This document shows positions 23,879-34,195 of a stretch of DNA of 64,000 nt, piece after piece. The first letter of the stretch is position 1, and each line of letters opens with the position of its first letter. The notes beneath the pieces are model-generated. The model had not been told where the DNA came from. It did no database searches and saw only the letters and a list, made by a program, of their open reading frames with translations. Source of the stretch: an uncultured Alphaproteobacteria bacterium (GTDB lineage Bacteria > Pseudomonadota > Alphaproteobacteria > Rhizobiales > Beijerinckiaceae); contig CAVSYB010000006.1 in the NCBI GenBank assembly GCA_963732155.1, forward strand, positions 400,296-464,295. The letters are read 5' to 3'. The translations under genes and the position numbers were made by a program.

Positions 23879-25858
23879 ATGTTCGGTTATCTGCGTTTCC
23901 TGACGCGAGCGGCCCGCCGCCTGATTGTTGTCGTCATGTTTGCGGCGCCTGCGACCGCGGGGGATTTGCTCGGCCGCGCGATCGATCTGGACCGGCCTCG
24001 TCCGGTCGCGACGCAGGGTCCGTTCGCCGGATTCGTGGCCACCCCGCAAGTGTTCTATTTCGGGGCCGCCACGGCCTTGCTCATCGCGCCGGACGGAAAC
24101 TGGTTCGCCGCCTACACCTATGGCGCCGCAGGGTCGATCATCCGATTGATGGACATGCGCACGGGCGTGTTGCTGCGCGTGCTGAGAACGAGCGCCCGTC
24201 CGCTGACCGGCCTGGCGATCGCGCAGGACGGCAAGACTGTCGAGGCGCTGGCGAACAACCAACAGCGTTTGAGCTGGGACGCGGCCACCGGCGAAACGCT
24301 GAGACAGGAGGACCCGGTCCCGGGCGACAACATGAGATACCTCGGCCTCGACAAGCTCGGCGATCTCCAGGATGTCGTCTACGTCGAGCGTCGGAAGCCA
24401 ATTCCGGATTATAGCCGGATCGTCGAGTTCCTGAGGCGTCATGGACTGGCCGACCAATTTCCCGACCCGGCGAAAATCGACCGGATTTTGCGCAGCGCCG
24501 ATGGGCGCTATGCGATCATCACCGAGGCGGGCGTCGAGGAAAGCGATGCCGCGCGGTTGAAGATCTGGGACCTCCAGCGTCCCTCGCCGCCGTGGACCGC
24601 CACAATTCCCGACGATTGGTATGGATACGGGGTGAGCGCCTTCGCCTTCGACGGCCATTTCCTCGTCATCTCGAGAGGCGGCGGCGAAGGCGATCACCGC
24701 GACGTCAACTCGGGCGTGTTCGAAGCGACGAACGGAGTTTTCAAGCCTCTTTGGCGCAGGAGCGAAGAAGACTGGGAGGGGCCTTGCGAGATTTCGCCGA
24801 ACGCCCGCTACTTGTCGGTTGGCGCCACCCCGAACGGCCCTGTCACGGTATGGGACATCGACAAGGCGCGGCGCACGGTCGATTTCAATCCGGTCGAAAC
24901 GGCTCCGATCCTTTCGTCGGATTCGAGCACATTCGCAGTGGCCCGAGGCCCCGAGGACGATCCCCGCGCGCCGGAAATCATGGTCTTTCGACACGGCAAA
25001 CGCGTGCGGCTCGTTGATCGAACGACCGACTGGCCGCCGGATTCAACGAGATTCGACATCCGCGCGCTCTCGCCCAACGGCCGTTATCTCTTGACGTCGA
25101 TGATGGGGATGGGCCCGGCCTACGACCGGAACGGGCATTTGTTCGTCGAACTCTGGGACATCGATGCGTCGCGCCAAATCGACCGCTTCAGCCTGCCCAA
25201 CGCTGAGGAGCCCGACTGGCGGTTCGCTCGCGTCTCCGACGAAGGAAAGCTCTTGCTGCTGCGCGGCGGAGCCGTATTGAGGTCCGGCAAATGGGTTCAG
25301 GCGGCGCAGTCCGATAACGCCCTGATCGCGCCGCTCGACAAGGATTTCAAGCCCGTTTGCGGCGTCGTTTTTTGCGACCACGCGCTCGCGGACTTGGGCG
25401 TTGTTGAGCGCATCGCGCCAGACGACGCCAAGGTCAACGACGCCGAACTGCACATCAACGATTTCACCGGCGATAGCCGCAAGCAGTCGCCGAACGGCCG
25501 CTTCCTGATCGGAAAATTGTTCGACAGCGCCAGCGGGGATTTCAAATATCCCGGCGTCGTCGTCGATGTCGAAACGGGGCGCACGTTGCTTGAGACCCCG
25601 GCCGGCGACTTTACCGCCGATAGCCGCTATGTGATCGAATCCGAAGGCGGCTATGCGCCGATCACGCTCAGGGAAATCTCGTCCGGAAAGCGCGTTTGGA
25701 CCCTGTATGTGACGCCCGATCTCGGGTTTGTAGTGACGTTTGCCGACGGTCGCATCCGCGCCACTCCCGGCGCAGAAAAATTCTTCGAGCTGGTCAGAGG
25801 TTTCGAGGTGAAACCTTACGACGACGCGGCGCGTCGGTTGTTTCAGCGGCAGCCGTGA
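23879..25858 (+). CDS. Large secreted repeat protein, probably WD40/beta-propeller-like (659 aa)
   Basis: ATG at 23879 gives the signal peptide MFGYLRFLTRAARRLIVVVMFAAPATAGD. Recurrent SPNGRYL / DG-x-x...WD motifs (LKIWDLQ, VTVWDIDK, VELWDIDA). No named family. Confidence 0.6.
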   Translation: MFGYLRFLTRAARRLIVVVMFAAPATAGDLLGRAIDLDRPRPVATQGPFAGFVATPQVFYFGAATALLIAPDGNWFAAYTYGAAGSIIRLMDMRTGVLLRVLRTSARPLTGLAIAQDGKTVEALANNQQRLSWDAATGETLRQEDPVPGDNMRYLGLDKLGDLQDVVYVERRKPIPDYSRIVEFLRRHGLADQFPDPAKIDRILRSADGRYAIITEAGVEESDAARLKIWDLQRPSPPWTATIPDDWYGYGVSAFAFDGHFLVISRGGGEGDHRDVNSGVFEATNGVFKPLWRRSEEDWEGPCEISPNARYLSVGATPNGPVTVWDIDKARRTVDFNPVETAPILSSDSSTFAVARGPEDDPRAPEIMVFRHGKRVRLVDRTTDWPPDSTRFDIRALSPNGRYLLTSMMGMGPAYDRNGHLFVELWDIDASRQIDRFSLPNAEEPDWRFARVSDEGKLLLLRGGAVLRSGKWVQAAQSDNALIAPLDKDFKPVCGVVFCDHALADLGVVERIAPDDAKVNDAELHINDFTGDSRKQSPNGRFLIGKLFDSASGDFKYPGVVVDVETGRTLLETPAGDFTADSRYVIESEGGYAPITLREISSGKRVWTLYVTPDLGFVVTFADGRIRATPGAEKFFELVRGFEVKPYDDAARRLFQRQP

Positions 25859-26163
25859 CGCTGCCAGGCTCCCGAACTCAGATCGCCTCGCCCGTCCGCG
25901 AGCGGCCCAGCAGCGCGCAGCGCTTCCGCTTGAGTCGACGCAAGCCGGGCATCTTTCGCGATTGAACGTCAGCGTCCGCTGCGCGTTGTTCCGGAAGCCG
26001 CCATTCCGCTCTCGCCCAACTCCGGCCAATAATGGAGATTCAAACTGACCCACGACGCCGCGGTTCCATCGACAGCGCCCGCTATGTCGCGGTCGGCGAC
26101 ACTCAAAGCCGCCTGCGCCAAATCCGGTCGGCGGACCGAAGCCGTCCAACCGGAAGCGGCCCG

Positions 26164-26586
26164 TCATCGGCGAGGCGGCGCGGCGAGGGCCTCCAACGCC
26201 CCCGTCGGCAGATTCCAATGGCGCGCGGCGGCGATCACCGCCGCGAGATAGTCCGCGCGCGCCGGCCCCGCGCCGATATTGGCGCCGAAGTAGACGAGAG
26301 CGGACTTCGCACCGCCGTCCGTCGCGATGCTTTGCAAAGCCTTGAGATAGAGACCCTCGCCCACGCCTTCAAAACGGTCCAGCGCCGCGACGTCTGCGAG
26401 CGCCACGTCCCACAACACGCCGTGAACGGTCGAACGCGCGTCGCGCGTCACGCTCAACCAACCTTCGCGCGTCACGACGAGACGGTGACACATCAACCGC
26501 GCGATCCCCAGAGGCCTCGAACGGGGACAGCGCAGCGCCATCGCCGCGACATCCATATTGGCGCCATAGGCGAAGGTCAGCGGCAT
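26164..26586 (-). CDS. Gamma-glutamylcyclotransferase (AIG2/GGCT-like) family protein
   Basis: MPLTFAYGANM...VHGVLWDV...LDRFEG fits the GGCT-like fold signature. Confidence 0.7.
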   Translation of the reverse strand: MPLTFAYGANMDVAAMALRCPRSRPLGIARLMCHRLVVTREGWLSVTRDARSTVHGVLWDVALADVAALDRFEGVGEGLYLKALQSIATDGGAKSALVYFGANIGAGPARADYLAAVIAAARHWNLPTGALEALAAPPRR

Positions 26587-26633
26587 TCAGCGACCTCGGC
26601 GGAGAATCGCAAGGCCGGCGCGACGCAAGTCGC

Positions 26634-28832
26634 TCATCCGCTCACGCGTTCGACCTTGCTCACGACGCTCTTGCCGCGAAGCTGCGAAAGGATCGCGTTG
26701 AGATGTTTGATGTCCCAGACTTCCAGATCGATCAGCATTTCGCGGAAGTCGGTGGCCCGCGGCACAAACGATATATTGTCGATGTTGCCGCCGGTCTCGC
26801 CGATCGTCGTCGCGACAACCCCGAGCGCGCCCGGCTCGTTGAGCGCGGTGACGAGGATCTGCGTCGGATAGAGCTCCTTGCGCGCGCTGTCGATATCCCA
26901 GCGAACGTCGAGCCATAGCTCGGGCCTGTCGTCAAAAGCCGTCAGGGCGGAGGCATGGATCGGGTATATCGTAATGCCTTCGCCCGGCGTCAGGATGCCG
27001 ACAATGCGTTCGCCCGGCACGGCGCCGCCCTTCGGCGCGAACCGCACCGGCAGATCGCCTCTCGTCCCGCGAATCGGGATCGAGGCTTCCGCATCGGCCC
27101 GTCCCGGCACTCTGAACATCAGGTTCGCCACCTTGCTCAAGCCAAACCAGCCGCTTTCGCTCTTGGCCGGCGTCGGGCCCGACGCGCGCTCCTCTTTGAA
27201 ATCGGGATGAATGGCGCGAACCACGTCGCCCGAGAACATCTCGCCTCGACCGACCGCCACGAACACATCGTCGAGCGTGCTGCGCGCGAGGCGCGGCAGC
27301 GCCGCCTTCAGTTTATCCTCGGCGAAACCGTGCCCCGCGCGCTTGAACGCGCGCTCGACGATCTGGCGGCCAAGGCCGCTGTATTGCGCCCTGACCGCTT
27401 CGCGCGTGGCCCGGCGAATCGCGGCGCGCGCGCGACCCGTGACGACGACTGATTCCCATGCGGCGGGCGGCGTCTGCGTGTCGGAGCGCGTGATCTCCAC
27501 TTCGTCGCCGTTGCGCAATTGGGAAATCAGCGGGGCGATTCGGCCGTTGATCTTGACGCCGACGGCCGAATTGCCGACATCGGTGTGCACCGCGTAGGCG
27601 AAGTCGATCGCCGTCGCGCCGCGCGGCAAGGCGATCAGCCTTCCCTTGGGGGTGAAACAGAACACCTGGTCCTGAAACAATTCGAGCTTCGTATGCTCGA
27701 GGAACTTTTCCGAATCGTCGGCTGAAAGCGCTTCGATCGTGCGCCGCAATCCCCGATACGCGCGGCTCTCGCTGGTGCGCGGCGCGTCCGGCGCACCGGC
27801 GGCGTCTTTGTAGAGGGCATGCGCCGCGATGCCGTATTCGGCGATCTCGTGCATTTCGCGCGTGCGAATTTGCAGCTCGACGCGCTGGCTGCCCGGACCG
27901 ATCACCGTCGTGTGTATCGAGCGGTAATCATTCTGTTTGGGCGTCGAAATGTAATCCTTGAAGCGCCCGGGCACGGACGGCCAGGTGGTGTGCGCGACGC
28001 CGACCGCGGCGTAGCAATCCTCGATCGAATCCACGATGATTCGGAAGCCGTAGATGTCGGAGAGCTGCTCGAAGGCGATCGATCGGCGCTCCATCTTGCG
28101 CCATACGGAATAGGCCAGCTTTTGCCGCCCTTTCACCTCAACCTTGATCCCCCGCCGGGCGAACTGATCGGTCAACTCCTTCTCGATCTTGACGATGATC
28201 GCGCCGTTCTTGGCCTTCATCTCCTCCAGCCGCGCGAGAATCATCGCGTGGGCTTCCGGCATCAAATGCCGGAAGGAAAGCTCCTCGAGCTCGCTACGCA
28301 CGCCCTGCATGCCCATTCGCCCGGCCAGCGGGCCGTAGATGTCGAGCGTCTCCTGCGCGATGCGGGCGCGCTTCTCGGCGGGCATGAAGTTCAACGTGCG
28401 CATATTGTGAAGACGATCGGCGAGCTTGACGAGCAGGACGCGCACGTCGTCGGCGATCGCCAGCAGCAATTTGCGAAAATTCTCGGCCTGCTGCGCCGGC
28501 TTGGAAACCAGATCGAGCTTCTTGAGTTTGGTCAGACCGTCGACCAGCGTCCCGATTTCCTTGCCGAAGACGTTGTCGATCTCCTCGCGCGTCGAGGCGG
28601 TGTCCTCGATCGTGTCATGCAGGACCGCCGCGACAATCGTCGCATCGTCGAGTTTGAGATCGGTCAGAATCGCCGCCACTTCGAGCGGGTGTGAAAAAAA
28701 CAGGTCGCCGGACGCACGCTTCTGGGCGCCGTGCGCCTTCATCGCATAGACGTACGCGCGATTGAGCAAATCCTCGTCGGCGCCCGGATTGTATTGACGC
28801 ACGCGATCGACAAGTTCGTATTGTCGCATCAT
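26634..28832 (-). CDS. spoT: Bifunctional (p)ppGpp synthetase/hydrolase (RelA/SpoT homologue, Rsh)
   Basis: 732 aa with an HD domain (HPLEVAAILTDLKLDDATIVAAVLHDTIEDT), the synthetase motif (YRSIHTTVIGP), and TGS and ACT regions. Confidence 0.95.
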   Translation of the reverse strand: MMRQYELVDRVRQYNPGADEDLLNRAYVYAMKAHGAQKRASGDLFFSHPLEVAAILTDLKLDDATIVAAVLHDTIEDTASTREEIDNVFGKEIGTLVDGLTKLKKLDLVSKPAQQAENFRKLLLAIADDVRVLLVKLADRLHNMRTLNFMPAEKRARIAQETLDIYGPLAGRMGMQGVRSELEELSFRHLMPEAHAMILARLEEMKAKNGAIIVKIEKELTDQFARRGIKVEVKGRQKLAYSVWRKMERRSIAFEQLSDIYGFRIIVDSIEDCYAAVGVAHTTWPSVPGRFKDYISTPKQNDYRSIHTTVIGPGSQRVELQIRTREMHEIAEYGIAAHALYKDAAGAPDAPRTSESRAYRGLRRTIEALSADDSEKFLEHTKLELFQDQVFCFTPKGRLIALPRGATAIDFAYAVHTDVGNSAVGVKINGRIAPLISQLRNGDEVEITRSDTQTPPAAWESVVVTGRARAAIRRATREAVRAQYSGLGRQIVERAFKRAGHGFAEDKLKAALPRLARSTLDDVFVAVGRGEMFSGDVVRAIHPDFKEERASGPTPAKSESGWFGLSKVANLMFRVPGRADAEASIPIRGTRGDLPVRFAPKGGAVPGERIVGILTPGEGITIYPIHASALTAFDDRPELWLDVRWDIDSARKELYPTQILVTALNEPGALGVVATTIGETGGNIDNISFVPRATDFREMLIDLEVWDIKHLNAILSQLRGKSVVSKVERVSG

Positions 28833-28964
28833 TTCTTTTGATCGGCCTCACTGGCGGTCGGGCCAGGCGGCCGCGATCGGCCTAATATCGGCGCTGCGCG
28901 AGGCCCGCGCAAGCCGGAGGCGATTCTCGCGCCGCGAGGGGACAAGAACGCCGAGGCCGGCGCA

Positions 28965-28995
28965 ACAAAAAACCCCGGAGCTCAGGCTCCGGGGT
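28965..28995 (-). terminator. Rho-independent terminator of the porin gene
   Basis: The minus strand reads ccccggagc-ctga-gctccgggg followed by tttttt, about 30 nt after the porin stop. Confidence 0.7.
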
Positions 28996-29023
28996 TCGTA
29001 AGCTTCGCGAGAATCAGCCGCGA

Positions 29024-30418
29024 TCAGAAGTTGCGGGTGATGTAGAAGCGGCCGGCGACGCCGCTCGTGTTGTTCGGGAACGCAGCCGCCACTCCATTGA
29101 TCGTGCCGACCGGCGCCGTCGTGTAGAGGCCGGGCGTCGACTGATGGGTGTTCTGGTAGAGAACTTCGAGAGCGAAGTCGAGCAACGGGAGCGGATCCCA
29201 GTGCGCGACCGCGCCGACGAGCCAGGACTGCGCGCTAGAGCCCAACTGGCCGTTCGTGTTGCTCCAGGTCAGATTCGCATACGCGACTTCCGGATCGAAC
29301 GAGAACTGCGGCGAGAAGTGGTGCTCGAAGAGCGCGCTGGCCGACCACACCGTCGGCGCAGCCCAAGTGCCCGGGCCGAACTTGTTCGCCGGGGCGAAAT
29401 AGGCGTCGCCGCCCGACAAGGCAAGGCCGTTGCCGTTGGTCGCGCCGTCTTCACCCCACATGGCGTCCGGCAGACCGCCGTACCAGTAGGCGTTCTTCGT
29501 CCAGGTGGTCTGCGCCGCGATGTTGTCGCCCGGGCCAAGCGTCGGCAGGTTGAACTTGGCGCCGAAGTTGGCGCCCCAGCCCCAGATGTTCTCGGAGGGC
29601 CCGAACACGCTCAACACATGCACCTGATGGGCGACGCCCGACAATTGCGCCGCGCCCCACGCCTGGTCGATGCGGATGTTGGCGACGACGTCCGGCGCGC
29701 TCTCGCCGTAATTCGTCGTAGCAGGCCCGCCCGCCGCGTAGTTGCTGATGTTATAGTTCGAGCCGGCGCCGCCGTCGGGGCTGTTCGGTCCGGAGCTCTG
29801 CGCCGCGATCGTCGCGGAGAAGCCGCCGCCGAAGGTCCCGGTGTAGGCGAACAGCAGAGGCTCGTTGTAACCCTGCTGGTCAGGCGAAATCAGGTTCGCC
29901 CAGCCTTCGCCGCCGCCGTAGAACGAGAAGAACGAGACCGCCTTACCAGCCGTGATGCCCGCCCACTGCAAGTAGGCCTGGTCGATATAGGCGGCGGTGC
30001 CGGTGCCGTCGAAACCGTTGCTGGCTTCGATGTTGACCGACACGTAGGAGCGCAACACGCCATAGGACGTCATTTCACGCGCGTCCAAATCGAGGTTGAA
30101 GCGCGTGGTGTAGCCCAGCGATGTGCGCCCGACGGCGCCCGATGGCGTCGACAGCAAGGCCTTGCCCTGCGTCGCCGGCGAAGCCCAGAGATAGCCGGTC
30201 GCCAGATTGCCCGCTTCGATCTGGGCGGTCACGTAGCCGCCGATCTTCAGGCAGGTGTCGCTGCCCGGGATGACGAAGCCGGCCATGCCGCCGACGTTGC
30301 AAATCTTGACGTATTCAGCAGGAGCCGCCTTCTTTGTGGGAAGATCGGCGGCCTGGGCGCTGGCGACTGCCACGATTCCGGCCGCCGAACCCAGCAGAAT
30401 GCTCTTCATGAGCGTCAT
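29024..30418 (-). CDS. Outer-membrane porin (Rhizobiales Porin_2 family)
   Basis: ATG at 30418 with GGAGG upstream. Signal peptide MTLMKSILLGSAAGIVAVASAQAADLP, then EYVKICNVGGMAGFVIPGSDTCLKIGGYV and a C-terminal ...FYITRNF. Confidence 0.85.
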   Translation of the reverse strand: MTLMKSILLGSAAGIVAVASAQAADLPTKKAAPAEYVKICNVGGMAGFVIPGSDTCLKIGGYVTAQIEAGNLATGYLWASPATQGKALLSTPSGAVGRTSLGYTTRFNLDLDAREMTSYGVLRSYVSVNIEASNGFDGTGTAAYIDQAYLQWAGITAGKAVSFFSFYGGGEGWANLISPDQQGYNEPLLFAYTGTFGGGFSATIAAQSSGPNSPDGGAGSNYNISNYAAGGPATTNYGESAPDVVANIRIDQAWGAAQLSGVAHQVHVLSVFGPSENIWGWGANFGAKFNLPTLGPGDNIAAQTTWTKNAYWYGGLPDAMWGEDGATNGNGLALSGGDAYFAPANKFGPGTWAAPTVWSASALFEHHFSPQFSFDPEVAYANLTWSNTNGQLGSSAQSWLVGAVAHWDPLPLLDFALEVLYQNTHQSTPGLYTTAPVGTINGVAAAFPNNTSGVAGRFYITRNF

Positions 30419-31335
30419 TATAGACCTCCAATGATTGACCCGATGGGAGTTGGTTTTAACTGTGCACCGGAAGCTCGTTGGACCTCGACGACCCACCGCA
30501 GAATTTGGCTTTTAGCGCCCCTATTCCCGTTAATCCCGGATCTCGCCGCTCCGCCCCGACAATTCCCCAGTTCGAAGCGCCTCGATCCAACTCGCGGCCG
30601 GGAATCTCCCGTTCGCATTCGCCACCATACTCAGAAGTCGCCGTGTCATAAACCAACAAATGCCAGAAAACCGCCAGAAATCGCCTTTCTCTAAATCATG
30701 TTGCATAAAGGTCACGAAAACGGCGCTGGCGATCCCGCGGCGACGCCGCGAATCCCCGTCGGGCGACCCCTTCGGTTGATTCGTTAACATTTTGATTACA
30801 AGGCGATTTTTTTTCTCGAGAGTTTGCCGCGGCGCATATTGGCGGCGCCCGATTTTGGGGGTGGGTTGAAGGCCGGCGCGGCCGGGTTGTGACGAGATCG
30901 CCTGCGGACGGTGGCCGAAGTGTGATAAGCGACTGAAAATCAAAACGTTCCTTGGCGCCGATGGGATTCTGACGGGGACCATGACGACAAAGGGGGCGAA
31001 ACGCTGTCCCGCCGACGGAGCCGATTGCGCGCGCCGCGCGGAGGCCTCATGCCGGGAAGGCCGTCGCCCCGGAGGCGCGCTTCCCTTGCGCCGCCCGCCC
31101 CGCGGCCAGGGCCGGTCGGTTCGAATCGGGAGCGGCGCGGCGGCGACCGCTGCAAACCTTGCAATTGTGATTCGCATTTTCCCGCGACTCGATCATTCTT
31201 GTTTTTATTCATTTCGAGCTCGATTAACCTTCGTTTAAGCTGTCGCTGAGCAGCGCGACTTGATCCGGGTCGCGCGGCCCCCGGTCGACAGCCTTGCAAC
31301 GCCGCCTTCCTCAACGCCGCCGCGAAAGCGCCCCG

Positions 31336-31794
31336 ATGGCCTATATCGATCATGTTCTCGAGCCCGGCGAAACCGTCCGCTGGCGCGCCAGCGTCAGTTG
31401 GACGACTTACGCGTGGGCCATCGCGCTGGCCGCCTGCGGCGTGGCGGCGCTGGTCGTCGGCGCCGTCGAACCCGGCGCCGCGTATTTCGGCGGATTCGTC
31501 GCGGTGATCTTCGCCGCGGCGGCCGTCGTGGCGTTCATCCCCGCGTGGTTTCGACGCTGGACGACCGAGATCGCCATCACCGATCGCCGGATCATCGTCA
31601 AGCGCGGACTGATCCGGCGGCGCACCATCGAGATGAACATGCAGAAAGTGGAAAGCGTCGACGTCGATCAGTCGCTGCTCGGCCGGCTGTTCGACTACGG
31701 CGACGTCACGTTCCGCGGCACCGGCGCCACTCTCGAAGTCCTCCACAGGATCGACGCGCCGTTGAAACTGCGCACGACGGTCACTGCGAGCTGA
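31336..31794 (+). CDS. Bacterial PH-domain (bPH_2/YdbS-like) membrane protein
   Basis: Two TM segments, then TEIAITDRRIIVKRGLIRRRTIEMNMQKVESVDVDQSLLGRLFDYGDV. Confidence 0.65.
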   Translation: MAYIDHVLEPGETVRWRASVSWTTYAWAIALAACGVAALVVGAVEPGAAYFGGFVAVIFAAAAVVAFIPAWFRRWTTEIAITDRRIIVKRGLIRRRTIEMNMQKVESVDVDQSLLGRLFDYGDVTFRGTGATLEVLHRIDAPLKLRTTVTAS

Positions 31795-31830
31795 CGGCCG
31801 CGCAATCGTCGAGTCTCGAGGGAGCAGCCG

Positions 31831-32217
31831 ATGATAGCAAGACAGAAAGGCGCGCTGGCCCTGGCGGCGTTCGGAGCGGCCGCGATCGGCGTCGGCGCGG
31901 CGGATGCTTCTCCCCTCGCGGACCCCTCGATCGGCGCACGGATCAAGGCGGGCGTCGCGTTGGCGCAAACCCAGCAAAGCGAACCCGATGGACTGTTTCA
32001 GGGCGTCGGCGTCGTAACCGCCGTTGACGCGGCGACTGGCTCGCTGACGCTCAACCACGACGAAATCAAGGGCCTGATGCCGGCGATGGAGATGATGTAC
32101 CGCATCGATCCGCGCTCGTTGAGCGACGGCCTGCGCCCAGGCGACAGAATCGATTTCACCGTCGACGCCAAGACCTACACGATCCGAAGCGTCAAGCTGA
32201 TCGATCGCGCCCGATGA
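31831..32217 (+). CDS. CusF-like periplasmic copper-binding protein
   Basis: Signal peptide, then GVGVVTAVDAATGSLTLNHDEIKGLMPAMEMMY...GDRIDFTV. Confidence 0.65.
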   Translation: MIARQKGALALAAFGAAAIGVGAADASPLADPSIGARIKAGVALAQTQQSEPDGLFQGVGVVTAVDAATGSLTLNHDEIKGLMPAMEMMYRIDPRSLSDGLRPGDRIDFTVDAKTYTIRSVKLIDRAR

Positions 32218-32253
32218 ACCGCCCATGCGGCGCCGCGCAACTCTCGCGGGGCT

Positions 32254-33135
32254 TCAGGCGCTGCGCAGGACCGCGCGCGGGTTCAATTCGAACGGCTCCG
32301 CGCCGTCCTCGTCGCCCGACCCGTCAGGCGCGGGGAAGAAGCAGATGCGATCGCGGCCGGAGGTCTTGGCCGCATAGAGCGCCCGATCGGCCCTCGAAAA
32401 CACCTGATCGAAACTGTCGCCGGCCCGACGCAGCGCAACCCCCGCCGAGATCGTCACCCGGATCGCCGCGCCGCCGACGATGACGGGCGTCGAATCCACC
32501 CGGTCGTGAAAGGCCATCAGTCTGGCGACAAGGGACTCGGCGGAGAATTCCATCGACAACAACGCGAATTCCTCGCCTCCGACGCGCGCGACGCAGCCGA
32601 ACCCGCCGAGCTGGGCCACCATCATCTGGCCGACCGACCGTATGACCTCGTCGCCCGCCAGATGGCCATGCCGGTCGTTCACGCGCTTGAACCGGTCGAT
32701 GTCGACGATCACCAGGGCGAGCGCCGCGCCCTCCGCGGCGAACGCCGCCTCCATCAACGCGCGGCGGTTGGCGAGCCCGGTGAGCTGGTCGGTGCGGCTC
32801 AGCTCTTCGGCATGCATTTTCGCCCGATAGAGTTCGAGATGGGCCTTGGCCACCGCGCGCGAGATCGGAATCGCGAGGACGAGGACCAGCATCGCGGTGA
32901 TCGCCCACGAGCGCAGGCACGTCGCCCAATCGACGAAGAACATCAATTGGTTGGTTACGTCCACGGCCAAGGCGAGCGTGATGCAGATCGCGGTGACGGA
33001 GACGACGTAGGCGACGAGTTCGCGCTCGTTGGTGATCGATGCGCGCATGATGCGCGCGATGAAGCTCAACCGCAATGGCATGCCGCGCCGCCGGAAGGTT
33101 CGAATTGCGCGATCAGACGGTCGTGCAAATAACAT
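32254..33135 (-). CDS. Membrane-anchored diguanylate cyclase (GGDEF)
   Basis: DQLTGLANRRAL...VIVDIDRFKRVNDRHGHLAGDEV...ARVGGEEFALL. Confidence 0.85.
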   Translation of the reverse strand: MLFARPSDRAIRTFRRRGMPLRLSFIARIMRASITNERELVAYVVSVTAICITLALAVDVTNQLMFFVDWATCLRSWAITAMLVLVLAIPISRAVAKAHLELYRAKMHAEELSRTDQLTGLANRRALMEAAFAAEGAALALVIVDIDRFKRVNDRHGHLAGDEVIRSVGQMMVAQLGGFGCVARVGGEEFALLSMEFSAESLVARLMAFHDRVDSTPVIVGGAAIRVTISAGVALRRAGDSFDQVFSRADRALYAAKTSGRDRICFFPAPDGSGDEDGAEPFELNPRAVLRSA

Positions 33136-33183
33136 AAGATCGAATTAACGCCGGAGCGCGGGCGGGCCGACGCGGCCAGGCCT

Positions 33184-34167
33184 TCACCAGCGGATCAGCG
33201 CGGCGCCCCAGGTGAAGCCGCCGCCCATCGCCTCGATCATGACGAGGTCGCCCTTCCTGATGCGGCCGTCGTCGCGCGCCACGGCAAGGGCGAGAGGGAT
33301 CGAGGCCGCCGAAGTGTTGCCGTGCCATTCGACGGTCTTGATGACCTTCTCGGGCGGCAGGCCGAGCTTGTCGGCGGAAGCGTCGATGATCCGCCGATTG
33401 GCCTGATGCGGCACGAACCAGTCGATGTCGTCGGCGGTGACGCCGGCGTCGCCGAAGCACGCCTTGACGACGTCCGCCACCATGCCGACGGCATGGCGGA
33501 ACACTTCCTTGCCTTCCATCCGCAAATGCCCGACGGTCTGGGTCGCCGACGGGCCGCCGTCGACGTAGAGTTTGCTGAAATGCGCCCCGTCGGAGCGCAA
33601 TTGCGAGGCGATGACGCCGGGCGAATCAAGGGCGCCGTCGCTTTCCTGGGCCTCCAGCACGATGGCGCCCGCGCCGTCGCCGAACAGCACGCAAGTCGCG
33701 CGGTCGCGCCAGTCGAGAAGACGCGAGAAAGTCTCGGCGCCGATCACCAGCGCCCGCCGATGCGAACCCGAAGTCAGAAACTTGTCGACTGTCGTCACCG
33801 CGAAAACGAATCCCGAGCAGACCGCCTGCAAATCGAACCCGGCGCCGTGATGAACGCCCAGATTCGCCTGAACCTGCGTGGCGACGGCGGGAAAGGTGTA
33901 GTCGGGGGTCGAGGTGGCCACGACGATGAGGTCGATGTCGGCGCCCGTCAGACCGGCGTCGACGAGCGCCGCCTGCGCGGCCCTGGTGGCGAGCTGCGAA
34001 GTCGTCTGGCCGGGCGCGGCGATATGGCGCTGGCGAATGCCGGTGCGCTGCTGGATCCATTCGTCCGACGTGTCGACCATCGTTTCGAGTTCGGCGTTGG
34101 TCAGCACGCGTTCGGGCAGATAGGCGCCGACGCCGCGCACGACCGAACGAAGGATGGGTCTGTTCAT
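33184..34167 (-). CDS. fabH: Beta-ketoacyl-ACP synthase III
   Basis: Full-length FabH: [44 protein letters not shown]. Confidence 0.95.
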   Translation of the reverse strand: MNRPILRSVVRGVGAYLPERVLTNAELETMVDTSDEWIQQRTGIRQRHIAAPGQTTSQLATRAAQAALVDAGLTGADIDLIVVATSTPDYTFPAVATQVQANLGVHHGAGFDLQAVCSGFVFAVTTVDKFLTSGSHRRALVIGAETFSRLLDWRDRATCVLFGDGAGAIVLEAQESDGALDSPGVIASQLRSDGAHFSKLYVDGGPSATQTVGHLRMEGKEVFRHAVGMVADVVKACFGDAGVTADDIDWFVPHQANRRIIDASADKLGLPPEKVIKTVEWHGNTSAASIPLALAVARDDGRIRKGDLVMIEAMGGGFTWGAALIRW

Positions 34168-34195
34168 GGGATCGGGTAATCCTGTGCTGGATCCT

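Noticed and set aside
31110-31135. tRNA/tmRNA-like GGTTCGAATC motif
   Set aside because: The flanking bases do not form a T-stem, and no acceptor or anticodon arms or tag-peptide frame could be built.
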